DNA of 57,660 nucleotides, filler included, from Sphacelaria rigidula (taxonomy: Eukaryota): the NCBI GenBank assembly GCA_964200075.2. It is 8 parts of 8 records of this genome, joined end to end, with 100 filler letters (N's around TTAATTAATTAA, not from the genome) between each part and the next. Parts side by side here need not be neighbours in the genome. Positions count along the whole stretch, not along the records: positions 36,104 to 43,222 come from CAXNAA020016388.1; positions 43,323 to 50,441 come from CAXNAA020016389.1; 6 more parts are not named here. One strand, 5' to 3'. Each line of letters opens with the position of its first letter. Position 1 is the stretch's first letter. Positions 36,112 to 50,040 of this stretch are shown piece after piece. The position numbers and the translations under genes were made by a program. Under the pieces are notes generated by a model. That model worked only from the letters and a program-made list of their open reading frames with translations. It had not been told where the DNA came from and did no database searches.

Positions 36112-37085
36112 CGAGTAGGTTCCCATACGTAATAATTATTCCGATGTCAGGAGGTCATGGGCTGTTGCAACTTGGGAGGATGGACGAGATTGCTCTACGA
36201 CCAACCGCATGTCGTTGCATTCGAGACCCACGCCATCAACCGCCGACAGCAAGGGTCTTGTGCCTTTCACGCGACGCGGTCGGCAGTACGGCAGGCAAAC
36301 AGGATCATTGCTACCTTTCCTTCATTTACCACGCGTCCTCCCGGCTACTCAGAGGTCGTCACCAGGACAACACGGAACTCGCAACATCTGTAAAAGCTTT
36401 AGAGTTTGATTTACTTTATCTGCATCCACAAAATCGAAACGGTTCGGAAACGACTGGGAAGGTGGCCGCTTCGGGTCCTCTCAAACATCCGAAGAAACCA
36501 TGGAATAGTAACACGAAACGTTTGCGCGATCAGCATCACGCAGGGCTTGAACAACGGAACAGACTTCTACAAATTAGTGTTCGTATTAGAAAAAAATGCT
36601 CGTGAAACACTTTGCAGCTTGGAAAAGACAGATTTTGATGGAAAGAAACCTCTCCGGGACCCTATGTGTATTGTATCCGCCTGCAAAAGTCTTTCCTCGT
36701 TCATCGATGCCTGTTTGGGGGACAGGGAAGACGTCCTCCTTCACCTTTTCCGAATCGTTTCGATTTTGTGGATGCAGATAAAGTAAATCAAACTCTAAAG
36801 TTTTTACAGATGTCGCGAGTTCCGTGTTGTCCTCCTGACGACCTCTGAGTAGCCGGGAGGACGCGTGGTAAATGAAGGAAAGGTAGCAATGATCCTGTTT
36901 GCCTGCCGTACTGCCGACCGCCTGGCGTGAAAGCCACAAGACCCTTGCTGTCGGCGGTTGATGGCGCGGGTCTCGAATGCAACGACACGCGGTTGATCGG
37001 ACAGCAATCTCGTCTATCCTCCCAAGTTGCAATCGCCCATGACCTCCTGACATCGGAATAATTATTACTTATAGGAACCTACTCG
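36112..37085. mobile_element. TA-flanked foldback element with ~340-bp TIRs
   Basis: TA|cgagtaggttcc... and ...ggaacctactcg|TA. Segment 36112-~36450 is the near-identical reverse complement of ~36748-37085, giving the mirror ORFs MSGGHG...LHPQNRN. Confidence 0.85.
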
Positions 37086-40000
37086 TACCTACTGTTGTAC
37101 CGAGCTGTTCAGTGTGTGCTACAGGTTGCGACATGGGCTGACGCCTATGCGCCACGCTAGCAACCGTTAGGCCACCACCAAAGGTATCTGTTTTCACTCC
37201 GCACGTTCAAATAGGTTTCTACAAGTGTTTGATCTCTCATACACCCCCCTCAACTGGAGTGTTCTGCTCGGGCGCCCGGCTGGCGGTGGAGATGTGGGTA
37301 CCCTCATTGATGAATGACACCCCCCTAGGTTCACATTGGATCTATCTGTTATTGCCGCAGCACCATCCTTGCTGGCATGTGTGTGACAGAGAACAGTAGC
37401 AGCGGTGACGGGAACATAGCCCTATTTTTTCGACATGTTTTCAGCGCACAGAGGCACGTCCTGTCCAAAAGGAGAGGCAGAGAGACATCGATGTTCGCGT
37501 TGGCGACAGGCAAGAAGAGACGACGGAATCTCTCCGCACGTCGATGCTCTGGCATATGAAATTTTTTGCCACATGCTGATAAGATCAAGGATGCCAGTCT
37601 CTCGAGAGTTTGGTAATCGCCGAGCGTGGACACACAAAGGGCACGGGCGAGGAGCTTCCTCTCTGTCGTTGCTTCTCTCTCTGGTGATATCGTCATCGAC
37701 ACGCGTGTACACCGCATTTCGTGGGGTGCACCTAGCCAGAGTTGCGCCACCCTGGACCGCGGTGCCGGTAGTACATCTGGACCACGTGTACTTTTTTAAA
37801 GTGAATATTGATGTCGATTCAACAGGTGACCTACTCTCGCGGTCTAACGGTTAACTCCTCCTGCGGAAGTTTGGGGAGGAAGATACTTTCGCTCTGTGTT
37901 ACTCTTTCGCATCTTCCCTGCAATAGAGAAATCGGACTTCAACTTCATTTTTTGTTTCAACCCCAAAATTTAAAATCAGCTGGTAGCTCTCAATTTCACG
38001 AAAACAGTGTTGTATGGGATTTGTAACCAGCCGAGGCTGTTGAAGAATTCGACCCCCCTGCCCAATTAGTATATGAATTGGGGGGCAAGAAGATGACTCC
38101 TCGACAACGTCTGCTGTCTCCCGATTCTCATCCACTGATATGGTGCAGTATGTGGGACTTGAGCGGCAGAAGCTGCTCCCGAATAATTTTTGTTTGCTCA
38201 ATTTCAGGTATTATTGGCGGGCAAAATGAGGATTCATTTCGAACAGCTTCAGGTGTACAAATCCCATCTGCGAGTGTTGATGGGATTCGTACAGCCTCTG
38301 CTACTCGAAATAAGTTTTTTTGCCCGATTCCAAATTTGGGGTTAGGATTTATTTTGAACAGCAGAAGCTGTAAAACTTCCAGATTTACATAGCACTTGTT
38401 TCTTGGAAACAGCCCAGGAGACTTTCATATTGACAGACCTTCGAGGGCCCTAACATTGAAAATCCTCTAGAGGATTACGAATACCCAAGATCCTCTTGGG
38501 GGGTTTCAAAACGGACGGAAGCGAGGATGACGTTTGGAAATTCCTCTACAAGGTAGCCGAATGGCCGCGTGTGTATTGAAGCAGCTTATGAAGAAAAACT
38601 GACAAATACCGCAAAGTCGGGTGGGCTTCGCGAGGTTCGTATATTTGTTTCCGCTCCTCGCCCGCTCTACTGTCCCAATGGCCTCGGATGCAGGCCACCC
38701 TCACACACATGTATGCACACGAGCGCACGGTAGTAACACCAGCCAAACTGCAGCCAAAGTAGCAGCTTTATCTCGCGCCTCGCCAAACTTCCCCGGACTA
38801 CTGGTAGGTACTCGAGGCCCACGACACGTAACATGGTCCCATAAACGTAATTTGTGACGGCTGCTCGCCAACGGCGTTGCAGTAAGCTCAACGGCGGTTT
38901 ACGTGACGGCGGCCTCCACGTTACAGTAGTAGTGAGGCTGCTTTTGTCGCTAGCTGGAGGTGGTTGGTCAGTGCATGTGTGTATGAGCGGTGGTACTGTG
39001 CGCCCGGGTGTTGTGCCCTGTGCGCGTGCGCTATGTGACGGCTCGCTAGTGCGCATGTGGGCTCAAGAATAGTGTTTGTTGGACCGGCGGGTCTGCACAA
39101 ACGCACAGCGATGTGTAGTGGAACTGGTTCTACTTTTTAAGGGAGGTTCTAAAACTTTGCCGGTACAGGCAGATATACACCGTCTGTCCCACGCCACCCA
39201 TTTTCCTGTCGAGTGCCGATTATGCTCTGACATAAAGTAATGTACACTGTACGATTTAATCACTTTGACCATCAGTTGTACTCGCTCCGTGCTGTATAGT
39301 TTGCTCTGAAGAACAATCGAATCAGTCAAATGGCGTCAAGTGTGCAGGGCACATACCGAACGTCCGTGACATCCGTCATCATCTACGAAAATACGGAGGC
39401 GTCTTAAAGCGTATCAAATAATAGAGAAAAAGGTCAATACCACACTGAAATCCGCATCTGCATCACAGGCTGCGTCCTTTCGCTGCTTCATGACTGTCAC
39501 CGACAGCCATGGTCAGACGACAGCAAAGGTGACTCAAAATATTGAACGTTTGATTGCAGTTCATGCCTAGCTACCACATGACCGCCGTTGTAACGGTATG
39601 GTCCTACACTTTGACTCCCACCGTTGGACACTACTGCGAGTGGCGCAGTACAGAGTACCACTTACCATACTTGTTGACGTACAGTATTTGACTTCGAGAG
39701 CGGACTCGTGCGGATCCACTGGTAACATTGCGCGGTCCTTTCCCTCTCTATCTCTACCCCGCTCTCCTCTCTCTGTCCTAAATCTAACAAGATCCATGGA
39801 TCGAATGGACGATGGATGCTGGGTACCCCAGCAAGCAGGTCATTCCCACCTCACCTGCTGCGGCCAGCATTCATCTCTTCAATACATTCTCACTCACATA
39901 CAATTGGCCAACATGCTTGTTTTGTGCACGTATACGTCGTATCGCAGACGGCAGGTGTGATGACACTGACGGAGGTACTCAGACAAGCGAGCACACATGA

Positions 40001-40849
40001 TGTACGGTGAGTGAAGTGCGAAGTACAGGACTCGAATCATGACCGATAAAGCATATATCTGTCGTGGTACACTTGCGGCGTTCCCCTGCGCGGTCTCTTC
40101 ATGGAATTTGACAGGGAGAACAAGTGTGACAGAATATGTGCATTAGCTCGGCAGTAGTAATGCTGTACAGGCTGGTTCACGCAAAATATCCCAAATTCTG
40201 TCCTCAGCAAATGCCTTCTGCGATACGCACCCAAAAATCACACACATGGTATCATACTGACCGCAATTAACAGACGAAGAGGGTAACATAGCCGGATTTG
40301 TGTTCAAGGCTATAAGGACAAAAAAGTGTCTCGACCAATCAGCGCCTTTCAAATGGTTCTGAAATTGAAAACACGAATTCCAAGCCCAATTTCCATCGAA
40401 TCTCCACATGCTTCAAATCGTAGTGACCGTCATCACCTCAGGAATCTAACAGGAGAAACAAATTTGAAAACGTTCCCAACGGAGTCGAATGATACTCGAA
40501 ACCGTAATCTTTCGGTGATGTGGAGTTTTGGCGTCGTGTAATTTACACTCTCGCTACGTACGAAAGACTCAGGGAGCCTCGTGACGATTTTCCTTGTGTC
40601 TGTTGTACAAAAGCTCAAACTTGGCAGTTCCGTAGCTATTGATGCTCCAAATGAAACATTGTATTCTCGGCAAGATTTCAAAGTTTCTCCGTTCTCTACC
40701 GGCTTCCGGAAGGCGGTACCGAATGCCTCGAAAGAAAGAAGAATAACACGATGTATCCCAGGATAGTCCAAGGAGCACATGTTCAAAGTTCGGTGGAGAA
40801 ACTCGAAAACCTCATACAGGTTTTCTCGCCTTGACGCAAAATTCACCCA

Positions 40850-41610
40850 ACGAATACGTTTTCATACTTACACCAAGTAGTCAGGAGTTTGCACGTTTTA
40901 GGCTCACATCCTCGCACAAACGCTTCAACTTTCACGCAGTTATGAGGAGTTAGACCCCGAAACTTTGCACAAATGTGCTTTAAGTCATTACGCAAGTTTC
41001 GATCAACGAGGTGTTTCTACTTCTTGAATATTTTACCGTTTTTCGGGGGTCCGATGGGATCCAAGTCGTTTTTTCGAAGTCGTCTATTCTGGGACCCCGG
41101 GAAACCGGCACTACAATATTTTTTTCATTTTTTCGCGAACGCCCTGTCGCCGCAAAACCCGAGGAAGATCCCCACAAGGTTTTGTGGCCAACATCGATAA
41201 ACTGATGCTTGGATTTTCGTGTTCACGTTGAAGAAGGCCCAAAATACGCTTTTTTCATACTAAGATCTACTTCGTAGTAGTTTGCGGTTTTACCGTGGCA
41301 CGGCAAGGTTCTCGCACAAACGCGGGAAACTTCACGCCGCTTCAAGGAGTTAGACCCTGAAAAGTTGGACAGGTATTCTATGGCTAACTAAGAAATCTTG
41401 GATGAACGGCGTGTTTTGATTTTTTCGATTTTACCGTTTGACGGGGGTCCGACTGGATCGAAGTTTCCCCGACAACACTAAGACCCCCGAAAAACTGTGA
41501 AAAACGTGAAAAACACGAAAAAACTCGACCTTAGAAAGTTGCGTAATGGCCCACAGAACATTTGTGCAGAATGTCAGGGTGTAACTCCTTAAAAGGCGTG
41601 AAGTTTTGCC
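40850..41610. repeat. Complex repeat: two degenerate ~400-bp direct units plus an inverted partial unit
   Basis: tcgcacaaacgc...ttcacgc...ggagttagaccc at ~40912 and ~41313, ttttaccgttt...gggggtccga..ggatc twice, and inverted gggtgtaactcctt...gcgtgaagttt at ~41577-41607. Confidence 0.65.
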
Positions 41611-41886
41611 GATGAGTGCTTTTTGGGTCTTTACGGTGAACCAGCCTGTAGAGAATGACGAACCTTAGCACAGGCTACTGTTGCAGCCTGGTGTGTAGCC
41701 TCGCTGTATACGAGCTGGTGCAGGTAAGTCAAAGAAGACTTTGAGTGTTTCTTCAGGTCCGAGAACATCGTAGCTTTTCCGGTAGTTTCAAAGAAACACG
41801 CATCTAAACAATACAAATACCTTAGAACTCACGGATCACGAAGCAGTTATGATTTGATTTGGCCATCATACCAGTAAACAAGGTTT

Positions 41887-43163
41887 CAAGGGCAGGTCGA
41901 GTAGAGTAAACTCAATACTCAGTAGTTTCGAAGAGTCATACTTGTAGTACTCACATTTTGAGTAGAGTATCTGAGGCCGTACTCAACCTACTTGAAATTT
42001 GAGTAGAGTATTTGAAGCCGTACTCGACCTGCTCAAAATTTGAGGAGAGTATTAAGGCTATACCCAAGTGATACTCTATACTCGAGTGTTACTCAGAGTG
42101 CTTACTCAATATTTGAGTAGAGTATTGAAGGTCGTACTCGATCTACTCAAATTTCAAGTATAGTATTTGAGGCCGTTCTCGACCTACTCAAAATTTGAGT
42201 AGAGTATTCGAGGCTGTACTCGACCTACTCAAAATTTGAGTAGAGTATTTGAGGCCATACTCAATCAGCCCAAAATTTGAGTAGAGTGTATGAGGCCATA
42301 CCCAATCTACCCGAAAGTTGGGTAGAGCATCTGAGGCCGGACCCGATGTACCACCACTGACTCTCCCACGGAGGAGTCACATGTGCGGCCAGTAGACTCG
42401 CCCATTCTGATAATATCTACCCGACAACCCGCCTACTCGAATACTCAATGATGATGAGTAGCGCTCGGTGCTGAAAGTGATATTGAAGCGGTCGAGAGGT
42501 ATCACAAGTATGTACTGCCATCGGTGGGGGCAGGTGAGCTGGGGCAGGTAAATCCATTCACCTGCACACGTTTTCTGTCTTTTATGTCCATCATTCGCTC
42601 ATATTCATTGTAGCCCATGACGTACCGCCACTCATCTGATTGATGGCCATCATTCGCCCATGTATTCAACACAGTCTGTGAAGTGACGTCACAAAGTCGT
42701 CGACGGTCACAGTTACTCATCATACCCGAGTGATGCTTTATACTCGAGTATTACTGAGAGTGCTTACTCAATATTTGAGTAGAGGATTGGAGGTCGCACT
42801 CGATGTACTCAAAATTTGGAAAGAGTATTTGAGCCCGGACTGGACATACTCAATACTTGAGTAGAGTGTTTGGGGCCGTACTCAATCTACTAAAAATCTT
42901 AGTAGAGTATTGAGGTAATACCCAAGTGCTACTCTATACTCAAGTATAACTGAAAGTGCTTACTCAATACTTCAGTAGAGTAGTGGAGGTGGTACTCAAT
43001 CTACTCAAAATTCGAGTACAGTATTTGAGGCCGTACTCAACCTACTTAAAATTTGAGTAAACTCTTTGAGGCCGTACTTGACCCACTTAAAAATTGAGTA
43101 GAGTATTTGAGACCGAACTCGACCCGCTCAAAATTCGAGTAAATACTCGGGTATTTTAGTCGA
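41887..43163. mobile_element. Second, reverse-oriented and more diverged copy of the hAT-like element
   Basis: Starts caagggcaggtcgagtagag, matching the reverse complement of 34790-34858. Same repeat unit and shared core (WANDGHQ pseudo-ORF, 42502-42723 versus 33746-33949). Truncated by a (GT)n-tailed sequence at the contig end. Confidence 0.85.
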
Positions 43164-43596
43164 GTGTGTGTGTGTGTGTGTTGTGTGTGTGTTGTCGTCC
43201 CATTTATTCTGGGCACCAGTCTNNNNNNNNNNNNNNNNNNNNNNNNNNNNNNNNNNNNNNNNNNNNTTAATTAATTAANNNNNNNNNNNNNNNNNNNNNN
43301 NNNNNNNNNNNNNNNNNNNNNNGGGGTTTAAGCGTAAACAATCCAGTCGTTCTGGCTCTTATCCCTGAGTTCTGATCATTTTTTCCGAATCTCTCTATTG
43401 TCGTATACGTCGAGTTTGAGAGCTATCTCAAACTTGAGGTTTCACCGGTATATTCAGTCATTTGTTTTTATTAGAGGTATCGTACATACAGCACAGTATT
43501 TCTCTGAAACTATCTGCACAGTACACAGTTACTGCTGAAAGTACTTCATTCACCATCCTAACTAGTTGTAGGCTACGAATCAAAAGAGTTATATTG

Positions 43597-43803
43597 TAAT
43601 ACGTGAGAGGACCGCGTGCTTCGAGGACCGCAGTGGAATTTGAACATTGATCTGGTTATAGGGTCAGGGTCAGGGTCAGGGTCAGGCCCAGGGTTAGTGT
43701 CAGGGGCGTGGTCCCTGCAGGGACTGGCCAGATTGGTTTTGAAAAACGTCGATCCTGAGGTGTTTCGAACTACGATGCGGGCACGCGGTCCTCTTACGCA
43801 TTA
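43597..43803. mobile_element. Small MITE with internal telomere-like (GGGTCA)n/GGGTTA run
   Basis: TIRs taatacgtgagaggaccgcgtgc and gcacgcggtcctcttacgcatta; agggtcagggtcagggtcagggtcagg...agggttag inside. Confidence 0.7.
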
Positions 43804-46485
43804 TATATATTTCAAACTCGAGGCTTCCGATATCTTGAACAATAGTCCCTGAACATACCTGGGAGAGATAAGTCTTTCTGGATCATGCATACTTTTTTTC
43901 GCTTGAAATTGATGCCGATTCACTGAAGACTAACCTCGTGGTCTAAGGGGATCAAGATACCTGTAGCGACTGATCGTTTGGGGGGCTGATAGTCTCGAGT
44001 GCAGACTCGGTCTCTACCAGTACGTATTCTTGCTTTGCTTAAAGGATACCGTAGTAGGGTATGGAAGCAATATAAATAGAAATAGTTGACGCGAACTCGA
44101 ATCGAACAAAACATACGGCACAAAAAAACTGTTGGACATCTTCCAGGGTTATAAAAAAACTGGGTCATCGAAGCATTTCCTTGTGAAACTGCCCGCTGTC
44201 AATTACCCGGCGAAAAAAGCTTGGCTCCTTCGTGGTCTTTTTGTGATGCACTTTACGCACGTGTTTCGATGTGCCACGAGTTCGTTCATTGACCCGTTCG
44301 TCGCGGACACGCTTGTAAGCACTCCCTGCCTGTACTTGGTGTGTATGCCTTGGGCTGAAGTCACTACGACGACGCAGGGCCGTCACTGTGTGTCCTGTGG
44401 TCGTGTCCTATCGAAAAGAAGAAAGAGGCAAAAAACAAAAGCGCGCAAGGCAGCTTGCCGTTCCACAACAAGGGGCGACAGTGTCTATGTGCCAAAAAAG
44501 TTGCTAACGATCGAGTTGTTGGCTGTTTGTGGTGGTACTCAATTTGTGCGCTGCTTTTCTGTCCTAGTTAGCTTGGTGCCTCGCGAAAAACGAGTCTTCG
44601 GGTGCGGTGACACCAGAAGAGCTCCCCCTACATTCTAGCAAAACGGTTGTTCTGAGAATTAAGTAAATGCCTGTATGGAGACTTAGATGTGGGCCCGCTC
44701 CATAGTTGTGCCGAACCGAATTGAAACAGCACTTTCATCAGTTGATCGGAAACATGGTCAGCGATTGGGGTCCCCATATTTTCCGCAATTTCCACATACG
44801 GTGAAATAACAAACATGCAACGTCCCATTTTGACCGAGATCGGTTGTGCACCCGAATCCGTTGTACTGACCTTTACTGTTTGTAGGGTTGTGTAGTGTAG
44901 TGTACTATATAGCGTCCTCACTGTGTCATGTTCAAGCTCGCCGCGAGCGTCCCACTACTTCTGAAAGTGACAACCCCACTCAAAACACTCCTCTTTTGCC
45001 TCCAGCAGATACATCTCCCCCAAGCGCTATCTGGTTCGGCAAACGACGTAAGTGACTGGAGCGAAGTGAAGTCACGGGTATGTGATCACCATTTCTTGAC
45101 TGCTCTATTGAGATATGTGTCTACCTTTCGTCCGGTTTTACATGGCAACATCTTGAATTTGACGTCATGAGAGCGCTTAGTCCCGCATAGTACGGATGGT
45201 GACTGTGGTGACTGACTACACTGTACTGTACCGAAATGGCCGTGCAATGACCCGCTGACTGCGACCCAGTCCGTCTATTTGAGCCAGACGTCTTTGAATG
45301 CAATGTTCAGTGTATTGCGATTCCGGTATAAGGAGCCTGCAGACAGGAAACACCCCAAACTCTTCAGTGGTCGAAGGGCTAACCCTTTGAACACGAAGCC
45401 TCGTGGGATCTTTATGACCGTGAAAGCAACAGTGAACAAAGTTGGATACACCCGAGTGAGGGATGCATCGGTGTAGGTGGACTCGAATGGAGAGCTTAGC
45501 TATCAGATGTATTTGTACCAGTAGCGCTCGGCATGCTTGAGGATCAGTGCCCCCCGAGCAAGGTTGTGGAGTTATGCAAAGTCCAAAGTGTTGACTTGAC
45601 CTTGCAGGACACGGAAAACCCTCACACGCGTGTTCTGATGTGAGCTGCTCGGACAGGTAGCCAGCTGGTTATTTCAATATCCTCTGATCGTCATCGCCAT
45701 TCCTTGATCACATACAATATTCAACTCGCAGGTGAAGTTCGCCGGACATATTTCACCAAGAATTCAAGAGACGGTAACAAAGCGGCCACGATCTCTCACC
45801 GGGTCTGTTTCAGGATCAGCACATCATGAGTCGTGCCTGCGGTATCATCCTATTGCTATCTACGACTTTGTCTGTTACACTTTATCGCGCAGAAGCGGGT
45901 TGCCCTTTTCTGGCCCAGGTGAGGGAACACAACATCACTAGTTCGTGTCGTGAAAAATTGAGGCAGGGTCACCTTTGAATATACTGTAGTTGTCTGTACC
46001 AGACTGGTTGGAGTACAGCACATCAGACAAGAATGAATTAGTTCTGTAAGCAGTATCAGTTGAGCCGTTTTTCAGGGGATTTGATGCCGATTCTACCGAA
46101 GACTCACCGTACTTGAGGTACCTCAAACCCCGAGGATTCCTGCTGAATATTTGGGAACCTCGAGTTTATGACACCCCAGAGGGGACATGATGAAATACAC
46201 GGAGGACTCATCCCAGCGGTCAAAGGATCAACGGTTTGAAAAAGAACCGTACATTTTTCACTGTATAATACTGTACTGGTCACGATGAGCAGAAATATGG
46301 GAGTAGTGAACGACGTATATGGACTGCTCCAGCGTCCAACGTCCTACTCTTGAACCCGCCCTGGCGATTGTAGTAACCTGTCTGAGAATGTACATGATGG
46401 CATCTCGGAGAGAAAACTGAGATCTGAAGGTACTGTATAAAAGTAGAGTCAGACCCTGTTCGCTGGTTTTAGGGTCAAATACCCA

Positions 46486-46817
46486 CACACGCGGCCATTT
46501 GGCCACCTCTAAACTTCCTCCAGGTGGGTACACTTTTCGAGCCACCAGAGGAATGAAACGCCTCCCGAGGGGTACGCGGCCCTCCAGACTGGATTTTTTG
46601 GTTCCCTCCAGAGGGACTGAAAGCCTCTGGAGGCTTATTCTTGCCTCCGGAGGGCCGCGCATACTCCCAAATTCCTCCGGAGAGCTGCGCGGCCCTCCGG
46701 ATCGGTAGAGTTTGTTCTCCTCTAGAGGGATGGAAGGCCTCCGGAGGCTTGTTTTCCCCTGGAGGGCCGCGCATCCCTCCGGAGGCTTTTTGGGGTGTAG
46801 CCAAATGGCCGCGTGTG
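46486..46817. mobile_element. MITE with CACACGCGGCCATTTGG TIRs, same family as 9201-9558
   Basis: Perfect 17-bp TIRs and internal cctccggagg palindromes. A lone matching terminus (aatggccgcgtgtg) lies at ~38560-38573. Confidence 0.82.
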
Positions 46818-48235
46818 GCACTCATTGAACGAAAGATTATATACATTGTTGTCGAGCCCATATATCATGACACATCAGTGGCATTCGGAGTTTCAAGGGC
46901 TGATGGTCCCAGGTGCCGGGGAGGTACCGGGCAGCGTGTGTGCGCAGGACGCGATTTCGGTCGAACTGTCTGAACTCTGCAATTGCACGCTCTGCATGAG
47001 TCACCGCGTATACGCTACCGTGTATGAGGGTTCTCGGTATTCCTGGGTGTGGTATTGGGATTGGGGTTAGCGCCAGGACGTGACCACACATGGAATATGT
47101 CTCTCTCGTGCGTAAGAGCACTTCCTCCATGAAATATCGTTATCATGTTCCGCAGATTCGAAACTTCACTCCTCGCCTTTCTGTGCCGTTCTATAAGCTT
47201 AATTCACCAACCACCTGGTTGGCAGGGTGAGAAATATCTCGGAAATTTGTAATTTCGAACAGACTGTAACACTGACCCTAGCCCTAACCCTCAACCTAAC
47301 CCCAACGAAGGCACACCGAGAACTCTCGGGCAAGGTGGTCCAAGCTGTTACGTGTGCAAAGTGAGCGTTGCCAGACCAGCACGCTTGGATATCAGCCCCA
47401 CCAAAGATGCGGATTTCGCTAGCTACACACGAAAATCAAGTCGAATGAAAGTCATCCATATAGAACCCTCCCAAGTGGTAAACTACTGTGCTCACAGACA
47501 CTATCGTGCTCTTCTACGAGAATCTCTCACGACTGCACCTGGAGACTTAACCTATCGTCGTTGCAGTCCAAAAATACTGCAGTCTCCCAGTACCCATCCC
47601 AACGGCTTGCATCAAACAACATCGACAACCAGACCCCCGGCCGTTGTTGCAAGTAGGCAAGCTAGTGTGTAGTGTGCTGGACTGAAGGAGTGTAAGGTGC
47701 TTCCGCCCGGACATAATTTGACGGGAGCGGAACAACTTTCGCACCTTTTCCCGTTTCCATAATAGAGGTATAGTTCAAACTTGACATTCCCGGTATACTC
47801 AACAGCAATTTACTGTGGAGAGTACAACTACTGTTACACAGTGATGCTAATCGGCCTTCAAACAGTCCGGGGTCCAGGCATCCAGGACATTGAGCATAGA
47901 CAGTAGAACCTAGCACTTGGTACGGTGATGTGGCTCCTTGGTTTTTGTGTCGACGACTGAATCCGAAAATTTAATCGGAGCTGTGCCCTCAGCGTGCCTG
48001 GATCGTGTTCCCAAAAACTACAAGTCGACGGCGCCGATATGAGGTCTGGTAACGAATACTTCGCCTAAAGAAACAGTTGACCCTCACGTTGCCCGAGGGT
48101 TCTCGGCATGCCAACTCGAATGGGCGCCGTTCAAAAATTCTGGTGGAAACTGCCTTTTGGCCCCTCCTCCGTCGTTTCATGCCCGAAAAGAGCAGGGCTA
48201 GGCGGACGTTGACGCCTTTGAACTTGCTCTCAGGA

Positions 48236-48464
48236 TACTCGTTGAGACCGCTCCAGGGCGACTTTGCGTTCCTGTTGGCCGCAGTTGTGTTTTCGCCAAC
48301 CTTACATTTTTAAAAACAAACGGTCAGCTGATGAAAATACCGGCAGTTTTATCCTCGTTTTCGTATCACCTGGCCGTTCCCTATTTAAATTGCAAGCGTC
48401 ACAAAAAATAAAACTGGGCTCAGCGGGAAACGCAAAGTTGCCCTGAAACGGTCTGAAATAAGTA
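48236..48464. mobile_element. Degenerate MITE-like inverted repeat
   Basis: agaccgctccagggcgactttgcgttcc pairs imperfectly with ggaaacgcaaagttgccctgaaacggtct. Confidence 0.55.
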
Positions 48465-49841
48465 CAAGCTGGGTCAGCTGTACCGCTTTGTACCGCACAT
48501 CGCAGAACAACTTCTCAAGTGTTGCGACTCAGGTCGAATTGAGCATTTCGCTGTGAACTGCCGACCAACAACAACCTGGTCATGCATGCTCGGTCGCTGA
48601 AACGTTTTTGAAACTATACTGCATAATATAGAGTTTCGGAAAACATGTTCCAATTCAAAGAGTCAGAGTGGAAGAACAAGTAGTCGGTAACGGTACGCTT
48701 CCCGCTGCGAAGTACGAAGTACTCTTTGGAGCGATTTAGACTGAGAGCGCCTTTTGCACCTCTCCACTCTGAAAACCGTTGAGCCTCTTCATACGAAGTT
48801 CATAGCGGAACGAAGAAGAACGCCCACCTCCACCACAATCACAGCCAGTTCAAAATCATCATACCCTATGAAGCAAAGTGGGACATCCATCATAACTAAC
48901 TGTACTGCTCATCACAATGCATCATTCGTGCAGTAGAAACGCTTTGCATCGTAGTCACAAGACGTTCCTGCGGCGCTGCTACGGTGGTATCAGCACTCGC
49001 TTGGTTACGATGAGTGAAAATTCAAATGCTCGGCGGGGTGCAGTTCCTCATTGTTGCCAGCTTCAGCTGTGAGAAGACGGTGTGAACAATTCGTCGTCTA
49101 CAACGCACAAGCAGTATTATACCTGGCTACGTGGTTATTCCGTTCGAGGCCATGACTTCTTGCACCACCGTTACGGGTGGCATGTTGGGGAATCATCACG
49201 ATGCGGCCTTGTCTGTTGTCTGAAAGGGCTGCTGACTGTACGGTACCGCCCTAGTTCACCGTACCATGTACTATTGTACTGTAGGATTCTGCATTGCACT
49301 CTCTGTACTGCACTGGCTGTACTCTACACTGCACAGCACTACAGTACCCTATGGTGTGCCGTGGTGGATTGAAGTACTACAGGTAGGTGCAATAAAGCAT
49401 GTTTTTTTTTTCGTCACACTTTGAACCCCTCCCCTCCCTCGGGATGAGTCCGTGGTCTCAAAGGATCAACCCATCTCTCCCCCACTACGTGTCTTTCATT
49501 TTGATCTCGCAGATTGGGTCAGCCACGTAATACGTCACATCAGCTTACGCTAATAACTTTTCAGACGTGTGCGAATCCAACGCTGATTTTCGCACTGTGA
49601 CTCTAGTGCAAAAGAGTACCATCGAGGGGCCGACTTTTCCAGCTCGGTTCTCCTTGGAAACGTGGTCGAATCGTGTGGTCGAATCGAGCGCTGGCTTCTG
49701 CAGACGTTGCACATGTGTGCTTCAAACCAGAGTGCCACGCCATTCGAGTTCTTGTATAGACCGGTCCCATACTGAATATTATACAGAATGAGGCAGCGTC
49801 GCTGGTGGGGTACTCCTCCCTGATGTGTGTAGGGGGTAATA

Positions 49842-50040
49842 GAGAGTTTCGGAAAACGCTTTTTTGTCATTTCAGAGTGCAAATATCTCAGGATCAGAGC
49901 GCAGAATAAAAAAATACAGATTATCGAAGAAAAATTGATGGGATACCGCATTTGACGGAGGGGGGGATAGTTTACCGTTCCAATCTGATCGTGAGATATT
50001 TGCACTCTAAAATAACAAAAAAGCGTTTCCCGAAACTCTC
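49842..50040. mobile_element. TA-flanked MITE with ~55-bp TIRs
   Basis: TA|gagagtttcggaaaacgcttttttgtcatttcagagtgcaaatatctcaggatcaga ... tctgatcgtgagatatttgcactctaaaataacaaaaaagcgtttcccgaaactctc|TA. Confidence 0.85.

Noticed and set aside
36144..37053. Pair of convergent paralogous genes (ORFs 36144-36605 + and 36586-37053 -)
   Set aside because: They are mirror translations of the two arms of a foldback element with no protein motif. The same applies to 7542-7796 and 8017-8370.
44628..45720. Possible retroelement remnants (MGTPIAD and TYTDAS on the minus strand)
   Set aside because: The motifs are too short and lack supporting flanking motifs.
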